A DNA stretch of 53,002 nucleotides from Kiritimatiellales bacterium (GCA_945949405.1 CAMFEP010000001.1:1-53002); one strand, 5' to 3'; counted from the stretch's first letter, positions 17,325-26,731 are shown. Notes: generated by a model from the letters alone, not told the origin. Program-made: numbers and translations.

Positions 17325-19547
17325 TTATCCTGCATGTGCCTTGGCGAGCCGTTGGCGTATCGCGGCGATGATGCGATCCCGCTGTAGCGGGTATTTGACG
17401 TGTGGCATCAGTTCTTCGGCGGGGGGGATGAGGTTGGGCACGATGTGCGCGCGTACATCGCGTTGCACGCCGGCAAGCAAGGAGGCCATGCGGGGCAGAC
17501 CGGCGGTGGGGATGGTGCGGCCGCCAATCACCGACGAGGCATAATCGTCGTTGACCTCGTCGTTCAGCGCCTGGCTGCCGATCCAGGTTTCCAGGTCGCG
17601 CGCGGCCACACAGCGGCGGGTCTGGAACCACTGCGGGTGGCAGTCGACCAGCGCTTTCAAGGACAGCAGCGACGCGCGCGCATCCGCGAGCAAGCGTTCG
17701 CTGCGGCGGGCATGTGCCTCCGCCTCGGTCCAATTGCCGGCGCGGGCGGCTTGCGTGGCGTCCGCCAGGGCGATGCAGGTGCGATAGCGGCCACTGCACC
17801 AGGCGACATATCGCCACTGTGCTTCGGCGCTACAGGAGAGGAAGCGGAGTTCCGCGTTGGCGGGAGATAGCGACCCCAGTTGGGTGTGTGCGGATTGCAG
17901 GTGCGCCAGGGCCTGATCAAAGCGTTCCAGCATTTCCGCGCGTGGCAGGCGCCGGTGTTGCTTGACCAGCCCGGGGCCGGGCGCCGAAGGGTCCGCGACA
18001 TAATCCGTGCCCTCGCAGACGCAATTCGCGTCCAGATCCCCGGGCACCATCCAGTGGTGAAAGCGGCTGACTATCAGGCTGGTGTAGGCATTAAACGGCG
18101 GCGTCCAAACGGCCTCGAGGTGGGCGATCGCAGTGCGCAAGGGTTGCGTGGCCGCGCCGTAGTAGCGGGCCAGAAAATTTTCGGTAAACGCATCGGGGTT
18201 GAATGCCGCGGGATTCCAGGCAATCGCGGCGAAGGCCTGGATGTTCAGTTCACCAGAGAAGGCGCTGACGAGATGGGCCTCAAAACCCTTCACGCCCATG
18301 GCGTGGGTGATCGACATTTCCCGGTGCATGTCGTGCACCCGCGGGGAGGTGGTGGTGCAGGAGGCGGTGTCCCAGTTGACGATCAGATCAAAAATGGTGG
18401 TATGGCCTTTGCGCAAATAGGGTGGCAGCTGGGAAAACTCGTGCATGTTCAGGATCGTCAAATCCTCCGGCAGCGCGCCGCTGTCCGCTGGCAGGCTCCA
18501 GTCAAGCAGCATGATCGCTTTGTCCGGCCAGCGTGTCCGGAGTTGGCGGATGTGGCCGGTGACGAGGTCGACGAAGGCGCGGCCGGACACACAATCGGGG
18601 CAGAGGCAGTGTCCCTCGGGCGGCCAGAAGACAACCCCGTCGGCCTCGGCATAGGTTTCGAAATATTCGCGGGCGGTGTCTTCCAGGAAAGACCGTCCCG
18701 CGCGGCCGCACAGATCGCCTTCATAAACCCCGCCCAGGCCCGTGCAGGCCTGCTCGGGGTGGGCGCGCGCGTATTCGTAGGTGGCGCCATTGGTCACAAA
18801 CGCGATCCAAACTTTCAGGCCAAAGGCATGCGCGTACTGGATCAAGGCCTGCGCCATACGCATGCGTGCGTCCGTGTCCAGAATGGGGTCGTTTTGCACG
18901 CGCGCTTCGGGATGGGCGCTGTAGGAATTCCAGTTCATACCCGCAAAGAACATCAGGTGCAGGGTGTTGAGGCGGTTCTGCACACACCAGCGCAACGCCT
19001 GCTCCCAACGCGACTGATCCCAGAACCAAAAGGAATGCAGGGGCGAGTAGTCGCCCAGAATCTGCGGTTTGAATATGCGCATCGCGACGCAGGGAGCTTC
19101 GAGTTTGTGCAGGTGCGGGATGACGAGGCGCGTCAGGCGTGGCGTCCGGACGTGATCGAAAAAGAAATCCAAGCCGAGCGTGCCAAGCAGGTCATACACG
19201 GCATAAAACGTGGCGAGGCGATTTTGCCCGACGAGGAGCAGGGCGCGCAACCCGTTGCTTTCAAGGGTTTTAACCAGGTAGGCTTCTTCGCCGCGCCCGG
19301 ATAATTCGGTGACGGCATCCGCCCACCGCGTGCCGGCGAGCGAGGCAGAGTCCCCAATGATGATCTGTATTTGGGCTGGCGCGGATTGGGCCGAGGCATC
19401 GGTGATGGGCACAACCGGCACCGCGACGCCGCACAGGTCCGCCAGGTGGCGGGCAAATTCGCCCGCGGGGGATTGTGCCCCAGTCATCCCGGAACGGATG
19501 ATGCCATGCGCCGTTCCCTGTTCCGCCAGCAGCCATTCCCCGTGCAT
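17325..19547 (-). CDS. Large glycosidase-like TIM-barrel protein (DUF4838-like, tentative)
   Basis: 740-aa ORF with coding-like composition. GLKVWIAFVTNGATYEY and VVFWPPEGHCLCPDC (CxCxxC) recall a family I remember as DUF4838. No direct functional evidence. Confidence 0.5.
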   Translation of the reverse strand: MHGEWLLAEQGTAHGIIRSGMTGAQSPAGEFARHLADLCGVAVPVVPITDASAQSAPAQIQIIIGDSASLAGTRWADAVTELSGRGEEAYLVKTLESNGLRALLLVGQNRLATFYAVYDLLGTLGLDFFFDHVRTPRLTRLVIPHLHKLEAPCVAMRIFKPQILGDYSPLHSFWFWDQSRWEQALRWCVQNRLNTLHLMFFAGMNWNSYSAHPEARVQNDPILDTDARMRMAQALIQYAHAFGLKVWIAFVTNGATYEYARAHPEQACTGLGGVYEGDLCGRAGRSFLEDTAREYFETYAEADGVVFWPPEGHCLCPDCVSGRAFVDLVTGHIRQLRTRWPDKAIMLLDWSLPADSGALPEDLTILNMHEFSQLPPYLRKGHTTIFDLIVNWDTASCTTTSPRVHDMHREMSITHAMGVKGFEAHLVSAFSGELNIQAFAAIAWNPAAFNPDAFTENFLARYYGAATQPLRTAIAHLEAVWTPPFNAYTSLIVSRFHHWMVPGDLDANCVCEGTDYVADPSAPGPGLVKQHRRLPRAEMLERFDQALAHLQSAHTQLGSLSPANAELRFLSCSAEAQWRYVAWCSGRYRTCIALADATQAARAGNWTEAEAHARRSERLLADARASLLSLKALVDCHPQWFQTRRCVAARDLETWIGSQALNDEVNDDYASSVIGGRTIPTAGLPRMASLLAGVQRDVRAHIVPNLIPPAEELMPHVKYPLQRDRIIAAIRQRLAKAHAG

Positions 19548-19599
19548 CAGGCAGACGGTACAGGCTCCTTGCCGCGGCGTCTACTCCCCCGGCGCGGAC

Positions 19600-20763
19600 T
19601 TATGCGCGCCGCATCCGGCGCAGGAGGATGATCATCAGGAGCGGGCAGAGGGTGGCGGTGGAAAGGCCCCAGCGCATGGAGGTGAGGTCCGCGGCGAGGC
19701 CAACGATCCAGGGCATGAAGACCGCGCCGAGATTTCCGAAGGCGGCGAGGAGGGCGAACATGGTCGCGCCACCGTGCGGGAAGCGGTCCCCGGTGATGCC
19801 GAGCGTGCTGGGCCAGAGGCAACTGCCGGTGACGCCGACGGCCATGCAAGCCGCGAGGGCCACGGCCGGCGAGGGCGCGAAGCAGCCCAAGAGGAACAGC
19901 GCCACGGAGCACCAGCAGCAGAGAAGGAGCAACCGAATCGGATTCAGGCGTGGACCGGCCATACCGGCCGCGATGCGTCCGGCGGCCATTGCCAGGGAGA
20001 AAAACAGAAGAGACATGCCGGCGGTCCAGGGAGAAAATTTGAGAGTCTGTTCGGCGTAGGCCGGCAGCCATTGCGCCAGGCCGGCTTCGGTGGCGCCGCC
20101 GAGAAATATGGCCGCCAGCGCCACGCGGAACGCCGGTTGCCGCATCAGTTCGCGCGTGCGCGTGCGCATGCGCGTTCCGCCCTCGGCCATGAGCGGCGGC
20201 AGGCGCAGACAGAAAAACGCCACGGCGACGCCGGCGGGCATGAGCGTCAACCACAGCGCAAGCGCGCGCCAGCCGAGTCCCATGCGCAGCGTGAGCGCGC
20301 CGAGCAGCACCGTCGCCGCCGCGCCGGTGCAATAAAAGGAGTGAAGCCAGTTCATGGCCGACGTGCGGCGTTCCGGTTGCAGCGCGCAGACGATGGGGCT
20401 CAAGACCATGTCCAAAATGCCGGCGCCCACGCCCATCGTGAAGGCGGCGGCACAGACGGAGAGATAACCCGGGGCCAGCCCGAGCCACGCGAGGCCCGCC
20501 GCGATCAGTATATTTCCAGCCACGGCGAAGCGCTTGGGGCCCCAGCGGTCGGCGAGGGGGCCCGTGATCACGATTCCGGCGACGAGGCCCGCAAAGGTGA
20601 TCGCCACGATCCGCCCGAGTTGCTCGTGGGTGAGGCCGGCCGCGCCGCCAAGGTCATGGCCGAGGGTCGCGAGAAAGACGGGCAGCAGGTTGACGGCGAT
20701 CGCGAGGCACATCATGCCCGCGTAGTTCACGGACAGGCCGAGTGCGATCGGGCGGCGCATCAC
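19600..20763 (-). CDS. MFS transporter
   Basis: 387 aa, about 12 hydrophobic spans. GPLADRWGPKRF is an MFS loop 2-3 type motif. ATGA overlap with the xthA stop. Confidence 0.85.
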   Translation of the reverse strand: MMRRPIALGLSVNYAGMMCLAIAVNLLPVFLATLGHDLGGAAGLTHEQLGRIVAITFAGLVAGIVITGPLADRWGPKRFAVAGNILIAAGLAWLGLAPGYLSVCAAAFTMGVGAGILDMVLSPIVCALQPERRTSAMNWLHSFYCTGAAATVLLGALTLRMGLGWRALALWLTLMPAGVAVAFFCLRLPPLMAEGGTRMRTRTRELMRQPAFRVALAAIFLGGATEAGLAQWLPAYAEQTLKFSPWTAGMSLLFFSLAMAAGRIAAGMAGPRLNPIRLLLLCCWCSVALFLLGCFAPSPAVALAACMAVGVTGSCLWPSTLGITGDRFPHGGATMFALLAAFGNLGAVFMPWIVGLAADLTSMRWGLSTATLCPLLMIILLRRMRRA

Positions 20764-21533
20764 ACCGCAAATTCCGCCGCGACCACGGTGTGGTCGGAGG
20801 GTTTTTCGCGCAGGCGCGGTTCCAGGTCGATCCAGGCGCGCTTACTGAGGGCGGCCATGACGGGCGTGGCGAGAATGTGATCGATGCGCCAGCCCATGTT
20901 GCGTTTAACGACATTGGGTGTACGGAAGTCGAAAAAGCTGAACTGGCCGGGCTCGGGGCAATGGCGGCGGAAGACATCTTCAAAGCCCCAGGCGAGGGTG
21001 TCCGCGTAGGCCTTTTGGATATCGGCGTGGTAGCACACATGGTTGGTCTGATCCTGCGGGTTATGCACGTCGAGCGGCGTGGGGGCCACGTTCAGATCGC
21101 CCACCCAAATGAGTTTTGATTTTGTGGTAAAGTGGCGATTAAAATAGTCGCGCAGGCGTTTGAACCAGGCCTGCTTGTATTGATACATCTCGTGATCGAT
21201 CTCGCGGCCCTGCGGGACGTAGGTGTTCAGAATGTGAACGCCATTGACCTGCGCGCAGACGAGGCGGGGCTCGTCCGCGGGCCCGCCATCATCCAGCCCG
21301 AAGCGCACCTCGGTGGGCTCGGTTTTGGAGATCAGCGCCACGCCGTTATAGGATTTTTGCCCGCGGAAGATGACGTTGTATCCTGCGGCGCGGAGCGGTT
21401 CGGCGGGAAAGGCATGGTCCTCGACCTTGGTTTCCTGCAGGCAGAGTACATCGGGCTGATGCTCCCGCAGCCAGTCGAGCACCGCCTGCATGCGCATGCG
21501 GACGGAATTGACGTTGAAGGTGGCGATGATCAT
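20760..21533 (-). CDS. xthA: Exodeoxyribonuclease III
   Basis: 257 aa. MIIATFNVNSVRMRMQAVLDWLREHQPDVLCLQETK...WRIDHILAT...PSDHTVV. Confidence 0.9.
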   Translation of the reverse strand: MIIATFNVNSVRMRMQAVLDWLREHQPDVLCLQETKVEDHAFPAEPLRAAGYNVIFRGQKSYNGVALISKTEPTEVRFGLDDGGPADEPRLVCAQVNGVHILNTYVPQGREIDHEMYQYKQAWFKRLRDYFNRHFTTKSKLIWVGDLNVAPTPLDVHNPQDQTNHVCYHADIQKAYADTLAWGFEDVFRRHCPEPGQFSFFDFRTPNVVKRNMGWRIDHILATPVMAALSKRAWIDLEPRLREKPSDHTVVAAEFAV

Positions 21534-21554
21534 GAAATGAACTGAGAAGTTTTT

Positions 21555-21620
21555 ACCACGGATGGCACGGAGAGCACGGATTTTTTCGGAATTATCCGTG
21601 TGATCCGCGAAATCCGTGGT
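21555..21620. repeat. Composite hairpin: three CACGGA(T) units facing three ATCCG(T/C)G units
   Basis: Left arm ACCACGGAT-GGCACGGA-GAGCACGGAT (21555-21581), loop TTTTTCGGAATT, right arm ATCCGTG-TGATCCGCG-AAATCCGTGGT (21594-21620). Outer and inner units pair perfectly and the middle unit imperfectly. Lies in the intergenic gap between dapF and xthA. Confidence 0.75.
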
Positions 21621-21629
21621 CGTTTCGGT

Positions 21630-22457
21630 TTAGACGTTTTTGGCCTGCCCGCTATATTGCAATTCCCCCTGGAAGACATGCATGGCGGGGCCTTCGAGGA
21701 TCACATGGTGCGCGCCGTCATCCGTGAGCTGGAACTCCACGGTCAGGACGTCGCCGCTGGCGGCGCGCACGGCCACCGGGGATTCGACGCGTCCGTTGCG
21801 CCCCGCGATGAGGGCCGCGGCCACGATGCCCGTGCCGCAGGCGAGGGTCTCGTCCTCCACGCCGCGCTCATAGGTGCGGATCGAGAGCGCGCGCGGGCCG
21901 GTGACGGCGATGAAATTGGCGTTCGTGCCTGCGGGGGCGAAGTCGGGATGGTGGCGGATGGCCCGGCCGAGGCGCACGACGTCGACCGCGGCGAGTTCCG
22001 GCACTTCGATGACGGCGTGCGGCACACCGCTGTTGACGAAGCTGTAATTCAGGCGCTGTCCGTCCACGACGAGCGTGCGGCCCAGGCGCCAATCCGCGGG
22101 CGTGGTCATGTGCAGGCGCACGCGATCGCCGCTGACCTCGGCCTCCAGCCGTCCGGCGACCGTATCGATGGACATGCGTTGCGGCGCGGCGCCGAGTTCG
22201 TGCGCGAGACGGGCCACGCAGCGCGCGCCGTTGCCGCACATTTCCACTTCGGAACCGTCCGGGTTAAAAAAGCGCATGCGGAAATTGGCATGCTCCGAGG
22301 GCTGGATCAGAATGAGGCCTTCGGCACCAACACCCGTGCGGCGCTGGCCGAGGCTGGCGATCCAGTTCCGGTCCCCGGCGGGAAAGGTACGCGCGCGATC
22401 ATCCACGAGGATGAAGTCATTGCTGGCGCCATGCATTTTCCAAAAGGGAATATTCAC
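21630..22457 (-). CDS. dapF: Diaminopimelate epimerase
   Basis: 275 aa, GTG start overlapping the upstream stop (GTGA). FWKMHGASNDFILVDD and FFNPDGSEVEMCGNGARCVARL. Confidence 0.9.
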   Translation of the reverse strand: MNIPFWKMHGASNDFILVDDRARTFPAGDRNWIASLGQRRTGVGAEGLILIQPSEHANFRMRFFNPDGSEVEMCGNGARCVARLAHELGAAPQRMSIDTVAGRLEAEVSGDRVRLHMTTPADWRLGRTLVVDGQRLNYSFVNSGVPHAVIEVPELAAVDVVRLGRAIRHHPDFAPAGTNANFIAVTGPRALSIRTYERGVEDETLACGTGIVAAALIAGRNGRVESPVAVRAASGDVLTVEFQLTDDGAHHVILEGPAMHVFQGELQYSGQAKNV

Positions 22458-24730
22458 GGATGTTCCTTCTCCCAGTCGGCCACGGCGTGCTCCGGCGCCG
22501 CCATGGGTTCGAGGGGCGGCAGCGCATCCAAGCCAGCCGTTTCAATCGTAACCAAGTCCGAGAGGATGGACAACCCCTCCGAAAGCACGAGATCGTTGAC
22601 CTTGTTCGTGGTGTCGCCATGTTCCTCGTCCGCGAGGCGCTCCTGCATATCGCTGAGTTCGCGTTCGGCGGCGGCCAGCTGGCGCCGCGCGTCGAGGTTC
22701 AGCGGCAGTTCGTGTGTCTCGTTCATGTATGCAATGCGTTCCAGCATGCGGGCATAGGTCTGGAAGGCGGCGCTCTGCCGGCGGCGCTGCTCGGAGCGTT
22801 CGCGCAGGCGTGGGAGCAAGGGCGCCAGATCGGCGACGGGCCGGAAGTTGGCGGCGCTCTCCATCGACCAGGGAATTGGGTTTGGCAAAAACTCCTCGCC
22901 GGTCTCCATGAAGTCCCACGGCGAAGGCACGACGATGTCCGGCTGCACGCCCTGCTGCTGTGTGGATGCGCCGGTGATGCGGATGTAGCTGGCGGTCGTG
23001 ACCTTGAGCGAACCCAGGCTGGCATCGTTGCCGAGATCGAGCACGGACTGGACCGTGCCCTTGCCATGCGTCTTCGAATCGCCCACGAGCACGGCGCGGC
23101 CATAATCCTGGAGGGCGCCGGCCACGATTTCCGAGGCCGAGGCGCTCAAGCGGTTGATCAGCACCACGAGCGGGCCATTGTAGTACACGCGCGGATCCTC
23201 GTCATCCAGCGGACGGACCATCAGGCGTTCCTTGACCTGCACGGTCGGACCGCGACGGATGAAGAGGCCGGTCATGTCGATGGCTTCCACGAGCGCGCCG
23301 CCGCCGTTGCCGCGCAGATCGAAGATCAGTCCGTCGATTCCCTGGGCCTTCTGCGTGGTAATGAGCTTGACCACGTCGTAGACGGCGCTGCGGAAGCCGG
23401 GTTCGTCGGGCGAGCGCACCCCCATGCTGCTATAAAATGCGGGCAAGCGGATCACGCCAAGGTTGCGGATCACGCCTTCCGGGCTGATGACCCTGTGCAC
23501 CGTGCCGGTGGCGGCCTGGTCTTCGAGCTTCACCTCGTCGCGCTCCAAATCCACGACCTTGGTGATCGTTCCGCTGGGGTCCGAGGCGGGGATCACCGTC
23601 AGGACCACGCGCGTGCCTTTTTCGCCCCGGATCAGCTGGACGATTTTGCTCAAGGGCCAGTGGAGGATATCCACGTTGGGCTCGTTGTCCTGGGCAACAC
23701 CGATGATTTTGTCCCCCGCCTGCAGATGCTTGTCGCGCGTGTCGCGGTCCGCCGGTCCGCCGGGGATGAGCCGCACGATTTTGGCGGCGCCATCCTCGGA
23801 GCTCAAGAGCGCGCCGATGCCGAAGAGCGCGAGGTTCATTTCGATTTCAAAATCCTTGAGGGCACTCGGCGTGAGATAGGTCGAGTGCGGATCGTAGGCC
23901 TGGGTGAAGGCCGTCAGATAGCGCTGGAGCAGAGCGTCTGCGTCACTGTCCTCGGTGATTGTCGCGGCCTGGCGATAGCGCTTTTGAAGGAGGACCTCGA
24001 TGGGCTCCTCGATTTTCGCCACTGTGCCCGTGGGGGTGGGGGAATTCGTGCCGACAACGACAACCGTCGTCACGCTCGGTGCCGTGACGACCTCCGCGCC
24101 ATCCGGCGGAAGGACGATGGGGGCGTCGAAACGCACGTCGACGGCGACGGTCGCGTTCGTCAAGTTTGTCACCGATGCCAGCGCGTTGGAGGCTTCCTGT
24201 TCGCGGCTGATGAGGATGCGCACATACTCGTTCTTGATTTTGCGGCGCCAGAGGTCGTTCCATGCCACCTCGTCGGCGGGCCAGACGGCGTCCTTGCGTT
24301 GCCAGACAAAACTTTCCTCCTGGGTCCAGTCGAAGCCGGTTTGCAGGATCTGCCCGACGGCCTCCACGCGATTGGAGAGCCGGGCCTTGAACACATCGAA
24401 GACCTCGAAGGCGAAGGACATGTCGCCGTTCTTGAGTTCATCGTCCAGGTGCATTTCGCGCGCGCGGAAGCGGTCGAGATCGGACTGCAAAAAATACATG
24501 CGCTCGTAATCGAGGGACACAATCAGATTGGTCCAGGTGCGGCTGGAAACGAGATCGCCCATTTCCAGGTGCAGCAGGTGCAGGCGGGGCATGCGCTGGG
24601 CGAAGCGCTCGCAAATTCCGGCGTAGTTCTCCTCGGGGGCCAGAGTCTTGGCGGAGGCCGGCCCGACGAGGACCGCCAGAAGCGCCCCCCACATCCAGAG
24701 CCGCAGAAATGCAAAAAATGTTCGCAACAT
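22454..24730 (-). CDS. prc: Tail-specific (C-terminal processing) S41 protease
   Basis: ORF 22454..24766, start taken at MLRTFFAFLRLWMWGALLAVLVGPASA (ATG 24730). PDZ-like: AAKIVRLIPGGPADRD...LQAGDKIIGV. S41 core: LIFDLRGNGGGAL, LVVLINRLSASASEIVAGALQDYGRAVLVGDSKTHGKGTVQ. Confidence 0.85.
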   Translation of the reverse strand: MLRTFFAFLRLWMWGALLAVLVGPASAKTLAPEENYAGICERFAQRMPRLHLLHLEMGDLVSSRTWTNLIVSLDYERMYFLQSDLDRFRAREMHLDDELKNGDMSFAFEVFDVFKARLSNRVEAVGQILQTGFDWTQEESFVWQRKDAVWPADEVAWNDLWRRKIKNEYVRILISREQEASNALASVTNLTNATVAVDVRFDAPIVLPPDGAEVVTAPSVTTVVVVGTNSPTPTGTVAKIEEPIEVLLQKRYRQAATITEDSDADALLQRYLTAFTQAYDPHSTYLTPSALKDFEIEMNLALFGIGALLSSEDGAAKIVRLIPGGPADRDTRDKHLQAGDKIIGVAQDNEPNVDILHWPLSKIVQLIRGEKGTRVVLTVIPASDPSGTITKVVDLERDEVKLEDQAATGTVHRVISPEGVIRNLGVIRLPAFYSSMGVRSPDEPGFRSAVYDVVKLITTQKAQGIDGLIFDLRGNGGGALVEAIDMTGLFIRRGPTVQVKERLMVRPLDDEDPRVYYNGPLVVLINRLSASASEIVAGALQDYGRAVLVGDSKTHGKGTVQSVLDLGNDASLGSLKVTTASYIRITGASTQQQGVQPDIVVPSPWDFMETGEEFLPNPIPWSMESAANFRPVADLAPLLPRLRERSEQRRRQSAAFQTYARMLERIAYMNETHELPLNLDARRQLAAAERELSDMQERLADEEHGDTTNKVNDLVLSEGLSILSDLVTIETAGLDALPPLEPMAAPEHAVADWEKEHP

Positions 24731-24820
24731 GTTTATCCAGTTGGTTTTACAGCACACAGAGCCCAAGTGTTAAATTTCGATAATCCGGCTATTTTCCCAA
24801 AAACCACGGGCCGCGGACAT

Positions 24821-24871
24821 AAAAAAAGAGGCGGGCTTGGATCATGGCTTTTGGCCACCCCAAACCCGCCC
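24821..24871 (-). terminator. Rho-independent terminator downstream of the HU gene
   Basis: On the minus strand, GGCGGGTTTGG (24870-24860), a 19-nt loop, CCAAGCCCGCC (24840-24830), then TCTTTTTTT (plus-strand A7 at 24821-24827). Lies 27 nt after the HU stop codon. Confidence 0.7.
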
Positions 24872-24897
24872 CGTAAAGCGAGCGCGCGCGCCGCGGA

Positions 24898-25170
24898 CTA
24901 CGCGCCCATTACGGAATCCTTGCAGATCTTGGCGACGCGGAACTTCACGACCGTCTTGGCCGGAATATCAATGGTCGCTCCGGTGGCCGGGTTGCGGCCC
25001 TGGCGGGCCTTGCGGTTGACGAGCACCAGCTTGCCAATGCCGGGGATTGTGAAGGCGTTCTTGGCTTCGGCATAGGCGAGCGTTGCCAGCGCGTCGAGGA
25101 GACCCTCGACTTGTGACTTCGTCTGCCCCGTTTTTTCTGCGAGCGTTGCGATCGTCTGTGTCTTGGTCAT
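24898..25170 (-). CDS. hup: HU-family DNA-binding protein
   Basis: 90 aa. MTKTQTIATLAEKTGQTKSQVEGLLDAL...GIGKLVLVNRKARQGRNPATGATIDIPAKTVVKFRVAK. GGAGG lies 7 nt upstream. Confidence 0.9.
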   Translation of the reverse strand: MTKTQTIATLAEKTGQTKSQVEGLLDALATLAYAEAKNAFTIPGIGKLVLVNRKARQGRNPATGATIDIPAKTVVKFRVAKICKDSVMGA

Positions 25171-25387
25171 AGCGTATTCCTCCGTGCTTCACCTTTATGG
25201 GACGCCTGGCCTCGGTGCAAAACGTCCGCGCTTTCCGGCATTATCGAAAGAACCCGCGCGAAAACAAGCGAAAAATAAGGGGATTTTGTGGGGGGCATTC
25301 TCGCGGGAAGGGCGGCCGCCTGGCCGCCCAGGGCTGCGTGGCCGCAGCCCCTCCCGGGATACGGATACGAACGTGAGCCTGCGCCCA

Positions 25388-26134
25388 TCACCCCAGGCGC
25401 TGTTTGAGCGTGGCGAGGATCTTGGTATGAAGGGCCTGGGGCAGCGGGCTCTCGCCATGCTCGCGGATGGCGGCATGCAGGTTGCGGTCGTTGCAGACGA
25501 GCACGCCGGCCACGCCCGCGATGCGCAGGTCCGCGCCGGCCTCCGCTGCGAAGCAGAGTATCGGCTGCACGGCGACGGGTCCGCCGCAGGTCTCACGCAG
25601 AAGGGCGCGCAGGCCATCGGCGGCGCGGTTGACCTGGGCGAGCGGGGGGCGGTCGGGTTCCCGCCCGTTGGATAAAATCCGCTCGCCGTCGACGGTCACG
25701 CTGCCGGTCCAGTTTTTGGTTTCGACCACGAACACGCCGGTGGGGCCCACGACGACATGATCGAGGTCGCCATCGGCGCCGTCGTGGGCGCGGCCGGGCA
25801 AGCCGTGAAAAATTTCATACCCGGCGGGCAGCAGGCCCAGGATGCGGCCCACATATTCCTCGCCGCGCGCGCCCTTGATGAAGGAGGCGAGGCGCAGGCG
25901 GCTGGACTGCACGGCGAGGGCCAGGAGCAGGGCCAGCCCGATCAGTAGCCCGCCCACGGCGGGGAGCCCGAGCATCGGCCAGGGAAAGGCGGCGCGCAGG
26001 AGATAGCCGGCGGCGCCCACCACGCCCAACAACGGCAGGGCCACGCGCAGCAGTCCGCGCAGGCGTGGTTGTTCGCCCGGGCTGCCGTGAATGCGCGCGA
26101 AGGCATCCGGCGAAAGCGATGACGAGGGGCGCAT
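25388..26134 (-). CDS. Membrane-anchored NERD domain protein
   Basis: 248 aa. Two N-terminal hydrophobic spans, then KGARGEEYVGRILGLLPAGYEIFHGL...GDLDHVVVGPTGVFVVETKNWTG (NERD pattern). Confidence 0.75.
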   Translation of the reverse strand: MRPSSSLSPDAFARIHGSPGEQPRLRGLLRVALPLLGVVGAAGYLLRAAFPWPMLGLPAVGGLLIGLALLLALAVQSSRLRLASFIKGARGEEYVGRILGLLPAGYEIFHGLPGRAHDGADGDLDHVVVGPTGVFVVETKNWTGSVTVDGERILSNGREPDRPPLAQVNRAADGLRALLRETCGGPVAVQPILCFAAEAGADLRIAGVAGVLVCNDRNLHAAIREHGESPLPQALHTKILATLKQRLG

Positions 26135-26227
26135 GCAGGAAATAGATAAGCCAGCGCGGCGGGGCCTGTCGACCGTTTTCGGCTTTTACCCCGGGTAGGG
26201 CGCGGAGATGTTTTGCAAACCGGCGCC

Positions 26228-26263
26228 TAATCATAATCCTACGCGTAATCTTAATCTCGAGTT
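26228..26263. repeat. Left arm of NTAATC-hexamer inverted repeat flanking the four-helix-bundle gene
   Basis: TAATC-ATAATC-CTACGC-GTAATC-TTAATC-TCGAG. About 24 of 30 positions match the reverse complement of 26694-26731. Confidence 0.7.
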
Positions 26264-26658
26264 CCGCCGGCTTCTGCCCCGTACGTCGCCTCGTCCTCGT
26301 GAACGCGATTGTCCGATGTGCTTCGGATCAACCCGACAAGCATGGAGACGATCCGGGCCAGAATCTCCTTGCCCTGGTCAGCCTGCGCGAGGCGATTCTT
26401 CGCGGTTAGCACGTCCAGACACGCCGCACACTCCAGCGCAGAACCGCGGGCAATGTCGAAAAAACGACACCGGTCCGGGGCCGTATATTTTCCGTTCCCC
26501 TCCGCAATGTTGAGAGGAATAGAGGTCGAGGCCCGGTCCAGTTGGCCGTGGACCGCCAGATTCTTCGGGATGGTCTCCAGTATTGCGTCGGCCCAAGACA
26601 CAAACCGGATCGCGTCCTGATAGACATTCAGCTTCTCGTGATCGAAGGTTGTCTTCAT
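26251..26658 (-). CDS. Four-helix-bundle protein, 23S rRNA intervening-sequence (IVS) protein family
   Basis: 135 aa. LNVYQDAIRFVSWADAILETIPKN...QLDRASTSIPLNIAEGNGKYTAPDRCRFFDIARGSALECAACLDVL is the family pattern. Confidence 0.8.
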   Translation of the reverse strand: MKTTFDHEKLNVYQDAIRFVSWADAILETIPKNLAVHGQLDRASTSIPLNIAEGNGKYTAPDRCRFFDIARGSALECAACLDVLTAKNRLAQADQGKEILARIVSMLVGLIRSTSDNRVHEDEATYGAEAGGTRD

Positions 26659-26693
26659 GACCTACAGCGTAATGTGGCCACAGGAGATGCGGC

Positions 26694-26731
26694 AAGATTA
26701 TGATTACGATCAAGATTATGATTATGAATAA
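26694..26731. repeat. Right arm of the NTAATC-hexamer inverted repeat
   Basis: AAGATTATGATTACGATCAAGATTATGATTATGAATAA. Reverse complement is TTATTC-ATAATC-ATAATC-TTGATC-GTAATC-ATAATC-TT. Confidence 0.7.

Noticed and set aside
25350-25375. GGATACGGATACGA tandem units as another composite hairpin
   Set aside because: There is no inverted partner nearby and only two units.
26251-26658. Avd-like accessory gene marking a diversity-generating retroelement
   Set aside because: The four-helix-bundle fold is shared with Avd, but no reverse transcriptase ORF or TR/VR repeat pair is present within several kb on either side.
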